Under the pieces are notes generated by a model. It had not been told where the DNA came from. It made no database searches and saw only the letters and a program-made list of their open reading frames with translations. Position numbers and translations under genes: made by a program. A stretch of DNA of 64,000 bases from an uncultured Bacilli bacterium (GTDB lineage: Bacteria > Bacillota_I > Bacilli_A > RF39 > UBA660): positions 72,048 to 136,047 of the forward strand of contig CAKOND010000001.1 in NCBI GenBank assembly GCA_934096945.1. The letters run 5' to 3'. Below are positions 9,617 to 18,191 of this stretch, piece by piece. The number at the start of each line of letters is the position of its first letter. Position 1 is the stretch's first letter.

Positions 9617-10349
9617 TTTGCATCTCTTCCTTTTTTTGAATTAATTCAAATGTTTGAAAAACTATTCCATTATTACCCCAGCTATCCAAATTAAGAACTC
9701 CTTTTTCATTTTCATCCAAAGTTGAATAAATTTCTTCATATTTATTTAAATTATTAATATTTGCTAAATTAATATAAACAAAATTACCATCATTCATTCT
9801 TAGTAAAAATCTATTATTATCAATAACCTTTTCATTTTTAATATCAGGTGAATACTCAATTTCACTTACCTTATACAATATATCATTATTTATATTATTT
9901 AGTTTTTTTATTAAACTTTCTTCAATATCTTTTGGAGTATAATTGACTAATGTTGGAACACCTAAAGTATCACTAAGTGCATTAGTTTTTTCACCATTTC
10001 CCAAAATATAAACATCATCTAAAACCTTATAATACAAAACATTAAGTTCCTTAACACTTATAACAATTTTACCACTTAAATATTTAGTAATTTTAACACT
10101 ATCTATCATAGGTAAATCTTGCAACTTTTTTTTAACCTTACTACTACTTAAAGCAAAAATCTTAGTTTTATCCGTAATACTTGCAGTTTCAATTATCTTT
10201 GCATCACTAACTAAGTTATTTCCTTTAATCAAAATTAATTTAACAGGCAAATTAAAGCAATAATAAAAAGCCATTATAAACAAATATAATGTAAGGATAA
10301 CTACCAAGAGTCCCTTTTTATTTAATTTTTTCTTTACTTTTTTTGCCAA
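9600..10349 (-). CDS. divIB: Cell division protein DivIB/FtsQ (POTRA domain)
   Basis: 249 aa with a basic N-terminus, one TM helix and POTRA-like IKGNNLVSDAKII...VKITKYLSGKIVISVKE. Sits downstream of murB as in dcw clusters. TTG start 6 nt after the murB stop, with a GGTGA RBS. Confidence 0.75.
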   Translation of the reverse strand: MAKKVKKKLNKKGLLVVILTLYLFIMAFYYCFNLPVKLILIKGNNLVSDAKIIETASITDKTKIFALSSSKVKKKLQDLPMIDSVKITKYLSGKIVISVKELNVLYYKVLDDVYILGNGEKTNALSDTLGVPTLVNYTPKDIEESLIKKLNNINNDILYKVSEIEYSPDIKNEKVIDNNRFLLRMNDGNFVYINLANINNLNKYEEIYSTLDENEKGVLNLDSWGNNGIVFQTFELIQKKEEMQNELSE

Positions 10350-10355
10350 AATATA

Positions 10356-11210
10356 TCACCACTTTACTATTTCTTGTTCAAGTTTTAAATCTATACCTTT
10401 TTCTTCCTTCACTTTTTCTTTAACAATTTGAATCAATGTTATTATATCACTACTAGTGGCATTATCCAAGTTAATTATAAAATTTGCATGTTTACAACTT
10501 ATCTGTGCTCCTCCAACTCTATATCCTTTAAGTCCACATTCTTCAATAACCTTGCCAGCAGCCACACCTTCAGGATTTTGAAAAACTGACCCTGCTGATG
10601 GATATTCTAAAGGTTGACTATTTTTTCTTTTATTCATATTTTTTTTAATAGTATCCCAAGCTTTTTTAGAATCCCCTTTTTTTAATTTAAAAACCGCGCC
10701 CAATATTATATCACTATTATTTTTAAATGAAGTATTTCTATAACTATGAAAAATATTACTTGCATTTTTTAAGATTACATCTCCATCACTAAGTACCAAA
10801 ACAGATACTAAGTCATCAAATATTTCACTACCATTTGCTCCGGCATTACCACGAATTGCTCCGCCAACAGTACCGGGAATACCATAAAGATTTTCTAAAT
10901 TTGTAAAGCCTTCATCAATTAACTTTTTAATAAAACCATTTAAATTATAACCTGATCCGACATATGAAATATCATCTTTAATCTCTAACTCTTCAAACCT
11001 TAATTTTATAATAGCTCCATCAAAATCTTTATCTGGAAATAAAACATTAGAGCCTCCGCCCAAAACAAAATATTTAATACCATTTTCATTTAAGTCATGA
11101 AGCAAATCTTTAAGCTCTTTGACATTTACTACTTCATACATATACCTAGCCTTTGTGCTTATTCTATACGTATTATAATTTTTTAAATCCACATTTTCCA
11201 AGCATATCAT
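10356..11210 (-). CDS. murB: UDP-N-acetylenolpyruvoylglucosamine reductase
   Basis: 284 aa with FVLGGGSNVLF, GIPGTVGGAIRGNAGA and PSAGSVFQNP motifs. Confidence 0.92.
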   Translation of the reverse strand: MICLENVDLKNYNTYRISTKARYMYEVVNVKELKDLLHDLNENGIKYFVLGGGSNVLFPDKDFDGAIIKLRFEELEIKDDISYVGSGYNLNGFIKKLIDEGFTNLENLYGIPGTVGGAIRGNAGANGSEIFDDLVSVLVLSDGDVILKNASNIFHSYRNTSFKNNSDIILGAVFKLKKGDSKKAWDTIKKNMNKRKNSQPLEYPSAGSVFQNPEGVAAGKVIEECGLKGYRVGGAQISCKHANFIINLDNATSSDIITLIQIVKEKVKEEKGIDLKLEQEIVKW

Positions 11211-12289
11211 TTTAACATTTCCTTTATTTCATCATATATAATAGTTGATGCTTCTTTAACATTTAATTTTTCTAGCATTTTTTTCATTTCTTTATACTTT
11301 TTCTCATTATAAACAAGTTCATTTATCATAACTTGAATTATACTTGGATCCAAGTTTTTTTCTTCAAGTAAATCTGCCACTTTCATATTGACTAAATCTA
11401 GAGCATTATAATACTGATGATTATTTGCAACATATGGACTAGGAACTAAAATACTTGGTAACCTCAAAGCCAAAATTTCTGAAATAGTTGATGCTCCAGC
11501 TCTAGAAATAATAAGATAAGCATCTTTCATTATACTAGCCAAATTATTATAATAAGGAACAACTTTTACATTTTTAGAAAACTTTGTATCTTTAACAAAA
11601 TTTTCATAATAAGATTTTCCAGTTATATACAAAACATTATATTTTTCATTATCAATCATACTTAAATAAGCCTTAAACTTTTCATTAAAAGTATTACTGC
11701 CAAGTGATCCAGCCACAATAATAATAAGTTTACTACTAGGACTAAATCCCAAAGTAGTCTTTGAAACCTTTTGAATATCCAAAGCATTCTCCCCACAAGG
11801 ATTACCAGTATATACAACTTTCTTAGCTTTCTTAAAATAACTTTCACTATTTTTAAAAGAAATACCCACCAAATCAGCTTTTTTTGATAAAGCAACATTA
11901 GATTTACCAGGTATACTATTTTGTTCATGAATAAATGTTTTTATTCCTAATTTTTGTGCAGCTTTAATCACCGGATAAGTAACATAACCGCCACATCCAA
12001 TTACTATATCAGGTTTAAATTTCTTCATTATACCTATGCATTTATTTAAAGCTTTTCTAATTAATACTATATTTTTAAAATCTCTTAGTATATCAGTTTT
12101 ACTAAATCCATAGATTTCCAAAGCTTCATACTTTATCCCCATCTGAGGTACTATATCTTTTTCCATTCTATCATGAGTCCCAATATATAAAACATCTAAG
12201 TTTTTTTCTTTTTCTTTAAACTTTTTTATAATAGCTAAAGCGGGATAAATATGTCCCCCAGTACCACCAGCTGATACAATTATTTTCAT
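11207..12289 (-). CDS. murG: Undecaprenyl-PP-MurNAc-pentapeptide N-acetylglucosamine transferase
   Basis: MKIIVSAGGTGGHIYPALAI N-terminus, GGYVTYP and SRAGASTISE. Overlaps the murB start by 4 nt. Confidence 0.92.
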   Translation of the reverse strand: MKIIVSAGGTGGHIYPALAIIKKFKEKEKNLDVLYIGTHDRMEKDIVPQMGIKYEALEIYGFSKTDILRDFKNIVLIRKALNKCIGIMKKFKPDIVIGCGGYVTYPVIKAAQKLGIKTFIHEQNSIPGKSNVALSKKADLVGISFKNSESYFKKAKKVVYTGNPCGENALDIQKVSKTTLGFSPSSKLIIIVAGSLGSNTFNEKFKAYLSMIDNEKYNVLYITGKSYYENFVKDTKFSKNVKVVPYYNNLASIMKDAYLIISRAGASTISEILALRLPSILVPSPYVANNHQYYNALDLVNMKVADLLEEKNLDPSIIQVMINELVYNEKKYKEMKKMLEKLNVKEASTIIYDEIKEMLK

Positions 12290-12339
12290 ACATAAACCAC
12301 CTATTACAATTATACACTAATTTTACCAAAAATTATAAC

Positions 12340-12924
12340 TTATTTTGTCATTTTATAATCATCTACTATATACTTTACATTTTTATTTACTTTAATTGTG
12401 CCATATATAATAACCTCAATTCCTCTTTTCTCAAAATTTTTAATAACACTTTCCGTAGCAACACCATCAAGTAAGCAAATAAAATCCAAATTATACTTAC
12501 TATCACTATTTAAAACATAATTAAGTACACCATATTTATATGTCTTATCCATATTTTTTAATTCATTAATAACTTTACTATGAAAAGACATAATATAATA
12601 ATTTCTTTTATACTTATTTAAAAGTCGAAGTAATCTTTTCTTATCTATATTATTTTCTTTAATTTCAAGTAAAATTAGTTTATCCGTATTAACCCTAAGT
12701 AAATCTTCAAGAAGTAAAACATTTTCCATATCCTTATAATATGTATTACTTACTAAAGTACCTTTATACAAAATATTATGATAAACAATAAACTTTTTAT
12801 CTAAAGTAGTTCTTATATCACATTCTGCACCAATATACTTCTCACTTTTAAAGGCTCTTAAAATTGCTTCATAAGAATTATCTTTTATAGTTTTATCCCA
12901 CATACCTCGATGAGCAATAAGCAT
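12340..12924 (-). CDS. Glycerophosphodiester phosphodiesterase-family protein
   Basis: MLIAHRG N-terminus and ECDIR motif (GDPD fold). The ATG at 12924 was chosen because the GTG at 12936 lies inside the AGGGGTG RBS. Confidence 0.65.
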   Translation of the reverse strand: MLIAHRGMWDKTIKDNSYEAILRAFKSEKYIGAECDIRTTLDKKFIVYHNILYKGTLVSNTYYKDMENVLLLEDLLRVNTDKLILLEIKENNIDKKRLLRLLNKYKRNYYIMSFHSKVINELKNMDKTYKYGVLNYVLNSDSKYNLDFICLLDGVATESVIKNFEKRGIEVIIYGTIKVNKNVKYIVDDYKMTK

Positions 12925-12964
12925 CACGAAAAACACCCCTAATATATTATATTAAAAAAAGAAA

Positions 12965-12993
12965 AAAAGCACTAACAAAAGTGCTTTAAAATA
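12965..12993. terminator. Bidirectional hairpin AAAGCACT-aacaa-AAGTGCTTT
   Basis: 8-9 bp stem flanked by an A run and a T run. Overlaps the stop of the 30-aa ORF. Confidence 0.5.
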
Positions 12994-13078
12994 CCATCAT
13001 AACCGAAATATATATAACAAGTAAAATCAAACTTATAACAGATATTCCTGTCCGATTTATTTTATTTTCATTTTTCAT
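12986..13078 (-). CDS. Candidate 30-aa hydrophobic peptide (MKNENKINRTGISVISLILLVIYISVMMVF)
   Basis: Below the ORF-track cutoff. GAGG RBS 5 nt upstream of the ATG, a single TM-like segment, and the stop lies inside a terminator stem. Confidence 0.35.
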   Translation of the reverse strand: MKNENKINRTGISVISLILLVIYISVMMVF

Positions 13079-13141
13079 ATTGCCTCAACAATAAAAGTAT
13101 ACCAGTAATTATATATTACTACAAGTATAAATCATTAAACT

Positions 13142-14728
13142 TTACATTGGATTGTCATATATATAGCATGTTTCACTTTCATCACAGCTAATTGGTTCAT
13201 AAACAGTACCAGCGAACCATACTTCTTTAGTATTTTTATCACGAATTAAGAACATATAAGACTTATCAAAAGTAATGTCTATTTCTTCAACTGGAACATC
13301 GTATTTATATTCAAATGAACAATTTACATCACCAGCTCCACCAACTATGGTTGCAGCAGCAGCCTTAATCCCTTCATTAGAAAACTCGATATTAGCTTTG
13401 TGCTTTGCTTCACTTATATATAAACTTTTATCACTACTTAAATTAATTAAATTAGCATGATTAGGCATAAAAACATTGGTACCACCTAAAGACTCTAAAT
13501 CTTTTTGAAGTTCAAGTTCATATTCAAACTTAAATATTGGCATAAGTCCTGTAATTCTTGTAATTTTTCTTTTTGTAAAATTATTAAGTTCAATAGTTTT
13601 CAATTTGCTTATGTAATTATTAAGTTTATTTGCATCAATATTTTCAACAAATTTATCAAGTGAAATATTCTTTGGCATAAAACCAATATATTCAAGGGAC
13701 AATCCATTATAACTCTTTAAATCTTTTTGGAATACTTTTATGTCATCATCAACATAAAAAGTATAATCTGTTGATGAACCTACATCTTTATAACCTTCAT
13801 CAATTTCTTTAATATATCTATTTAAAAAAGTATTAGTATCTTCATAATCATCTGGATCACAATTACCTTCAGATTTCCATTTATCATAGGCACTTCCTAC
13901 AGTTTTGCGAATATTTGCTTCACCAAGCTCACTTACAATATCGTAATTATTAATTGATGATGCTATTTCTAACCCATTAACCAAAGTTTTATTATTAAAT
14001 TTAATATATCTATAAGAATTTGAGTCTAACCAAGATACACCAGTATAATAATCTTCATGAGGATAAGATACTGAGAAAGCATCATAATATGAGGAATGTT
14101 CTTCATCATAAAGGACTCCTTCTGGTACGGGCTGAATAACATATTTCCAATCCATATCAATACCTAAAGCATTAACTAGGAATAAAAGATTACCATTTGT
14201 ATCATCAAGCATATTAGGTATTAGACCAAGAGTCTTATCATTTATCCATTTATTAATATTATCTGGAGTCTTAAAAGCATCATATATTATTTCTGCATTA
14301 TATTTTTCTTTAAGCAAATTTACATAATCATCTTTAACATTCTTTTTATAGTCATTTCTAATAAACATGCCATTTGCAAGAGATACATTACTACTATTTG
14401 GATATTTTTTAGGATTATAATCACCAATAATATTTTCTATTTGCTTTTTGCTATTGCCATCTGCCCCATCTTTTAGCATACTTAAGGCATATTTAATAGA
14501 AAGTGGACTATAAACCTTATTCTTACCATTATTTTCTTTTTGCATAAAATATAAATCAAAGCTACTTAAAGCATTATCATCTATTCTATACTCTGAATTA
14601 CTATTTTTTACGCTAGTATCAACAGTTGTAAAATTATTCTTTTTAAATATTAAAAACACTGCAGTACCTATTACAAGTAAACCTATTAAAACCCCGATGA
14701 TAATTATTATTTTTTTATTCTTTTTCAT
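13142..14728 (-). CDS. Membrane-anchored serpin-family protease inhibitor
   Basis: N-terminal TM anchor, serpin core SPLSIKYALSMLKDGADGNSKKQI, hinge/reactive-centre loop NEGIKAAAATIVGGAG, and C-terminal FDKSYMFLIRDKNTKEVWFAG. Confidence 0.8.
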   Translation of the reverse strand: MKKNKKIIIIIGVLIGLLVIGTAVFLIFKKNNFTTVDTSVKNSNSEYRIDDNALSSFDLYFMQKENNGKNKVYSPLSIKYALSMLKDGADGNSKKQIENIIGDYNPKKYPNSSNVSLANGMFIRNDYKKNVKDDYVNLLKEKYNAEIIYDAFKTPDNINKWINDKTLGLIPNMLDDTNGNLLFLVNALGIDMDWKYVIQPVPEGVLYDEEHSSYYDAFSVSYPHEDYYTGVSWLDSNSYRYIKFNNKTLVNGLEIASSINNYDIVSELGEANIRKTVGSAYDKWKSEGNCDPDDYEDTNTFLNRYIKEIDEGYKDVGSSTDYTFYVDDDIKVFQKDLKSYNGLSLEYIGFMPKNISLDKFVENIDANKLNNYISKLKTIELNNFTKRKITRITGLMPIFKFEYELELQKDLESLGGTNVFMPNHANLINLSSDKSLYISEAKHKANIEFSNEGIKAAAATIVGGAGDVNCSFEYKYDVPVEEIDITFDKSYMFLIRDKNTKEVWFAGTVYEPISCDESETCYIYDNPM

Positions 14729-14740
14729 AAAAATCCTTTC

Positions 14741-15559
14741 CTATTTTTGACACTTTGGGCAAAAATATGTACTTCTACCACCAATTTTAATATTCTCTAT
14801 GAGTGTTCCACATATTTTACATTCTTGTCCTTCTCTTTTATGAACCATCAAATGTTGTTGAAATCTTCCTGTAACGCCCAAAGATGAAGTATAACTTTTA
14901 ATCGTCGTTCCTCCATCTTTAATTGCTGCATCAATTATTTTCTTACTAGCCTTAACTATTAAATCACAATCTTCCAAACTAATATCTTTACCAAGTTTAC
15001 TTGGTCTTACTTTTGCATCAAACATAACTTCATTAGCATAAATATTACCAAGGCCACTAATAATTGTTTGATCTAAAAGAAGGCCTTTAATAGGTATATT
15101 CTTTTTATGTATTTTATCATATAAATACTCTTTAGTAAGTTTTTCACTATTAGCTTCAATACCTTGTTTTTTTATAGCTTCCACTTTATCAATATCACTT
15201 TTTTTAACTAAATTCATTCTGCCAAATTTTCTTGTATCATGATATCTTAAATCAGTTCCATCCTCAAAACTTATTATTATATGTTCATGTTTAATTATAT
15301 CATCGGTACTTTTTTTAACAAAATACTTACCTTCCATTCTTAAATGACTAAGCAAATAATAATCATTCAAATCAAACATAAGCCATTTACCAATTCTATC
15401 AATATCAATAAATTTTCTACCTATCAAAATATCTTTAAAATTATTAATATCACTTTCAATAATCTTCGGATAAATTATTTTTACATCCACTATTTTCTTA
15501 TTTAAAATCATGTCTTTTAAAGTATTTCTAACTGTTTCTACTTCTGCTATCTCTGGCAT
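14741..15559 (-). CDS. mutM: Formamidopyrimidine-DNA glycosylase
   Basis: MPEIAEVETVRNTL N-terminus (catalytic Pro2) and C-terminal zinc finger CKICGT...FCPKCQ. Confidence 0.92.
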   Translation of the reverse strand: MPEIAEVETVRNTLKDMILNKKIVDVKIIYPKIIESDINNFKDILIGRKFIDIDRIGKWLMFDLNDYYLLSHLRMEGKYFVKKSTDDIIKHEHIIISFEDGTDLRYHDTRKFGRMNLVKKSDIDKVEAIKKQGIEANSEKLTKEYLYDKIHKKNIPIKGLLLDQTIISGLGNIYANEVMFDAKVRPSKLGKDISLEDCDLIVKASKKIIDAAIKDGGTTIKSYTSSLGVTGRFQQHLMVHKREGQECKICGTLIENIKIGGRSTYFCPKCQK

Positions 15560-15568
15560 ATTATTACC

Positions 15569-18124
15569 TCACTTTGCCTCATACCAATTAGTGCCTGTAT
15601 CAATTTCTACTTTTAAAGGTACATCTAGTTTATAAACATTTTCCATTTCTTCTTTAACTATTTTCTTTATTCTATCAAGTTCTTCATTTTTACAATCAAT
15701 AACTATTTCATCATGAACTTGAAGAAGTATTTTACTAGTTATGCCTTCATCTTTAAATCTATTATAAACTTTAATCATGGCAAGTTTCATAATATCAGCA
15801 CTAGTTCCTTGAATCGGAGTATTCATTGCCATTCTTTCTCCCATTTGTCTAATCAAATAATTTGGATTATTAATTTCTTCGATAACTCTTCTTCTGCCAA
15901 ATAGAGTTGTAACTCCACCAGTTTCTTTAGCTTCTTCTATTTTTTTATCTGTATATTCTTTTATTTCTGGATAAAGTATATGGAATTTATCTATATAATC
16001 CTGAGCATCTTTCCTAGTTATATGTAAATTTTCACCTAACCCAAAGCCACTTATACCATAAATTATACCAAATATTACAGCTTTAGCACATCTTCTCATT
16101 TGTTTTGTTACAGCTTCTTCAGGTACTCCGAATACTTCACTAGCTACATGGGTATGAATATCTTCATCATTATTAAATGCATTCGTTAAACTTGGACATT
16201 TAGATAAAGATGCCATAACTCTTAATTCAACTTGGCTATAATCACTACTTAAGAAACAATCATTCTCTGGAACAAAAGCTTTTCTTATCTTTCTTCCAAG
16301 TTCTTCCCTTACAGGTATATTTTGTAAATTTGGATCAGTTGATGAAAGTCTTCCTGTTCTTGTTAAAGTTTGCTTATAAATTGTATGTATTTTTCCATCA
16401 TCTAAAATATAGTTTGCTAAACCTTCAATATATGTACTTTTAAGCTTAGCCAAATTTCTATATTCAAGTATTTTCTCTACAATTGGATGTTTATCAACTA
16501 ATTTTTCTAAAACTTTAACATCGGTTTTATAACCTGTTTTATTTTTCTTACCCTTAGCTATTTCTAATTTTTCAAAAAGAATTTCTCCGAGCTGTTTTGG
16601 ACTGCCAATATTAAATTTTTCTCCCGCTAGTTCATATATTTCTCTAGTTAAAAGTTCTATTTTTACTTCAAGTTCTAAAGACATATCTTTAAGTACGTCC
16701 TCTTTACAGATTATACCGGTAGTTTCCATATCAGCTAGAACTTTAACTAAAGGCATCTCTATATTTTCATATAATTTCATACATTTATTTTCTTCTAACT
16801 TTTTCTTATATTCATCATTATTATCATAAATAAATCTACTTCTTTTTATTACTTCCATTTCTATATTACTAAATTTATCCTTTTTCATATTTTCATAATA
16901 TAGAAAATCTTCATTTGTTTGATTTGCCAAATATGCTAAATCATCTTTAATATTTAAATTTAAAAGATATGCTTCAATCATTAAATCATCTACAAAATTT
17001 ATATCTATTTTAAAACAACATAACACTTTTTTAGCATCATATCCTATTACATCAAAAGACTTTATTTCATTAAGTACACTTATTACATTCTCTTTTTCAA
17101 CATAATAATTATTAAAACTATCACTTATACCCATTCCCAGTATATGCCCTATATGATAGTTTTCATTATCAAGTATTACTTCAATTGCTATTTTTTCATC
17201 TAATTTAATATCTTTTATACTACTTATAGTTTTATATTCAAAGTTTTTTTCTTCTTTTTTTACTTCCATATTTTTTAAAAATGAAAAGAATTCTAAATCT
17301 TTAAAAAGTTCAACTAATTCATTAGTAACTTTTTGTTCATATTTTAAATCTTCCAAAACTATATTTAAAGGTACTTCTCTATATATAGTTGCTATTTTTT
17401 TACTTATAAAAGCCATTTCTTTATCATTTTCTAGCTTTTCTTTAGTTTTACCAGTTATTTTATCTATATTATCATATAAATTTTCTAAAGATTTATATTC
17501 TTGTAATAACTTTAAAGCTGTTTTTTCTCCGATACCTTTTACACCAGGAATGTTATCTGATGAATCCCCCATTAAAGCTTTTAGATCAATCATTCTAATT
17601 GGTTCAATACCATAATCTTGGACAAAAGTTTCATGATTATATCTAATAAAACCACTTTGTTTTAAAAGTTTAACTTCTGTTTCATCACTAATTAACTGAA
17701 GTAAATCTTTATCACTTGATACTATAACTGATGCAAAATCTTGATCTTCTTCAGTCATTCTAACAATAGTACCTACGATATCATCCGCTTCATATGGGGC
17801 AAGTTCAAAATGTTTAATACCCATTTTATCAAGTATATCTCTAGCAATCGGCATTTGTATTTTTAACTCGTGTGGAGTATCAATTCTACCTTCTTTATAA
17901 AAATCATACTCTTCTTTTCTAAAGTTTTTACCAATATCAAAAGCAACAGCCATATAACTTGGTTTTTCTTCCGCAATAATTTTATTCATCATTGAAACAA
18001 AGCCAAATAAAGCGTTTGTAGGAACCCCTTTAGAGTTTTTCATCATATTACCAGTATAAGCAGTTGCATAATAACTTCTAAACATTAAGTTATTTCCATC
18101 TATTAAAATAAGCTTTTTTACCAT
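15569..18124 (-). CDS. polA: DNA polymerase I
   Basis: 5' nuclease N-terminus LILIDGNNLMFRSYYA and polymerase motifs DYSQVELRVMA and QVHDEIV. The ATG at 18124 follows a GGGTGA RBS. Confidence 0.95.
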   Translation of the reverse strand: MVKKLILIDGNNLMFRSYYATAYTGNMMKNSKGVPTNALFGFVSMMNKIIAEEKPSYMAVAFDIGKNFRKEEYDFYKEGRIDTPHELKIQMPIARDILDKMGIKHFELAPYEADDIVGTIVRMTEEDQDFASVIVSSDKDLLQLISDETEVKLLKQSGFIRYNHETFVQDYGIEPIRMIDLKALMGDSSDNIPGVKGIGEKTALKLLQEYKSLENLYDNIDKITGKTKEKLENDKEMAFISKKIATIYREVPLNIVLEDLKYEQKVTNELVELFKDLEFFSFLKNMEVKKEEKNFEYKTISSIKDIKLDEKIAIEVILDNENYHIGHILGMGISDSFNNYYVEKENVISVLNEIKSFDVIGYDAKKVLCCFKIDINFVDDLMIEAYLLNLNIKDDLAYLANQTNEDFLYYENMKKDKFSNIEMEVIKRSRFIYDNNDEYKKKLEENKCMKLYENIEMPLVKVLADMETTGIICKEDVLKDMSLELEVKIELLTREIYELAGEKFNIGSPKQLGEILFEKLEIAKGKKNKTGYKTDVKVLEKLVDKHPIVEKILEYRNLAKLKSTYIEGLANYILDDGKIHTIYKQTLTRTGRLSSTDPNLQNIPVREELGRKIRKAFVPENDCFLSSDYSQVELRVMASLSKCPSLTNAFNNDEDIHTHVASEVFGVPEEAVTKQMRRCAKAVIFGIIYGISGFGLGENLHITRKDAQDYIDKFHILYPEIKEYTDKKIEEAKETGGVTTLFGRRRVIEEINNPNYLIRQMGERMAMNTPIQGTSADIMKLAMIKVYNRFKDEGITSKILLQVHDEIVIDCKNEELDRIKKIVKEEMENVYKLDVPLKVEIDTGTNWYEAK

Positions 18125-18191
18125 TTCAATCACCCTTAAATATATGATACCATTTTATTCTAAAAAAAGCTATTCTTTTATAGAATAACTT

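Noticed and set aside
11662-11928. 88-aa ORF in an alternative frame of murG
   Set aside because: It is on the same strand but out of frame within a gene with clear MurG motifs. Its Leu/Lys-rich sequence is an artefact of AT-rich codons.
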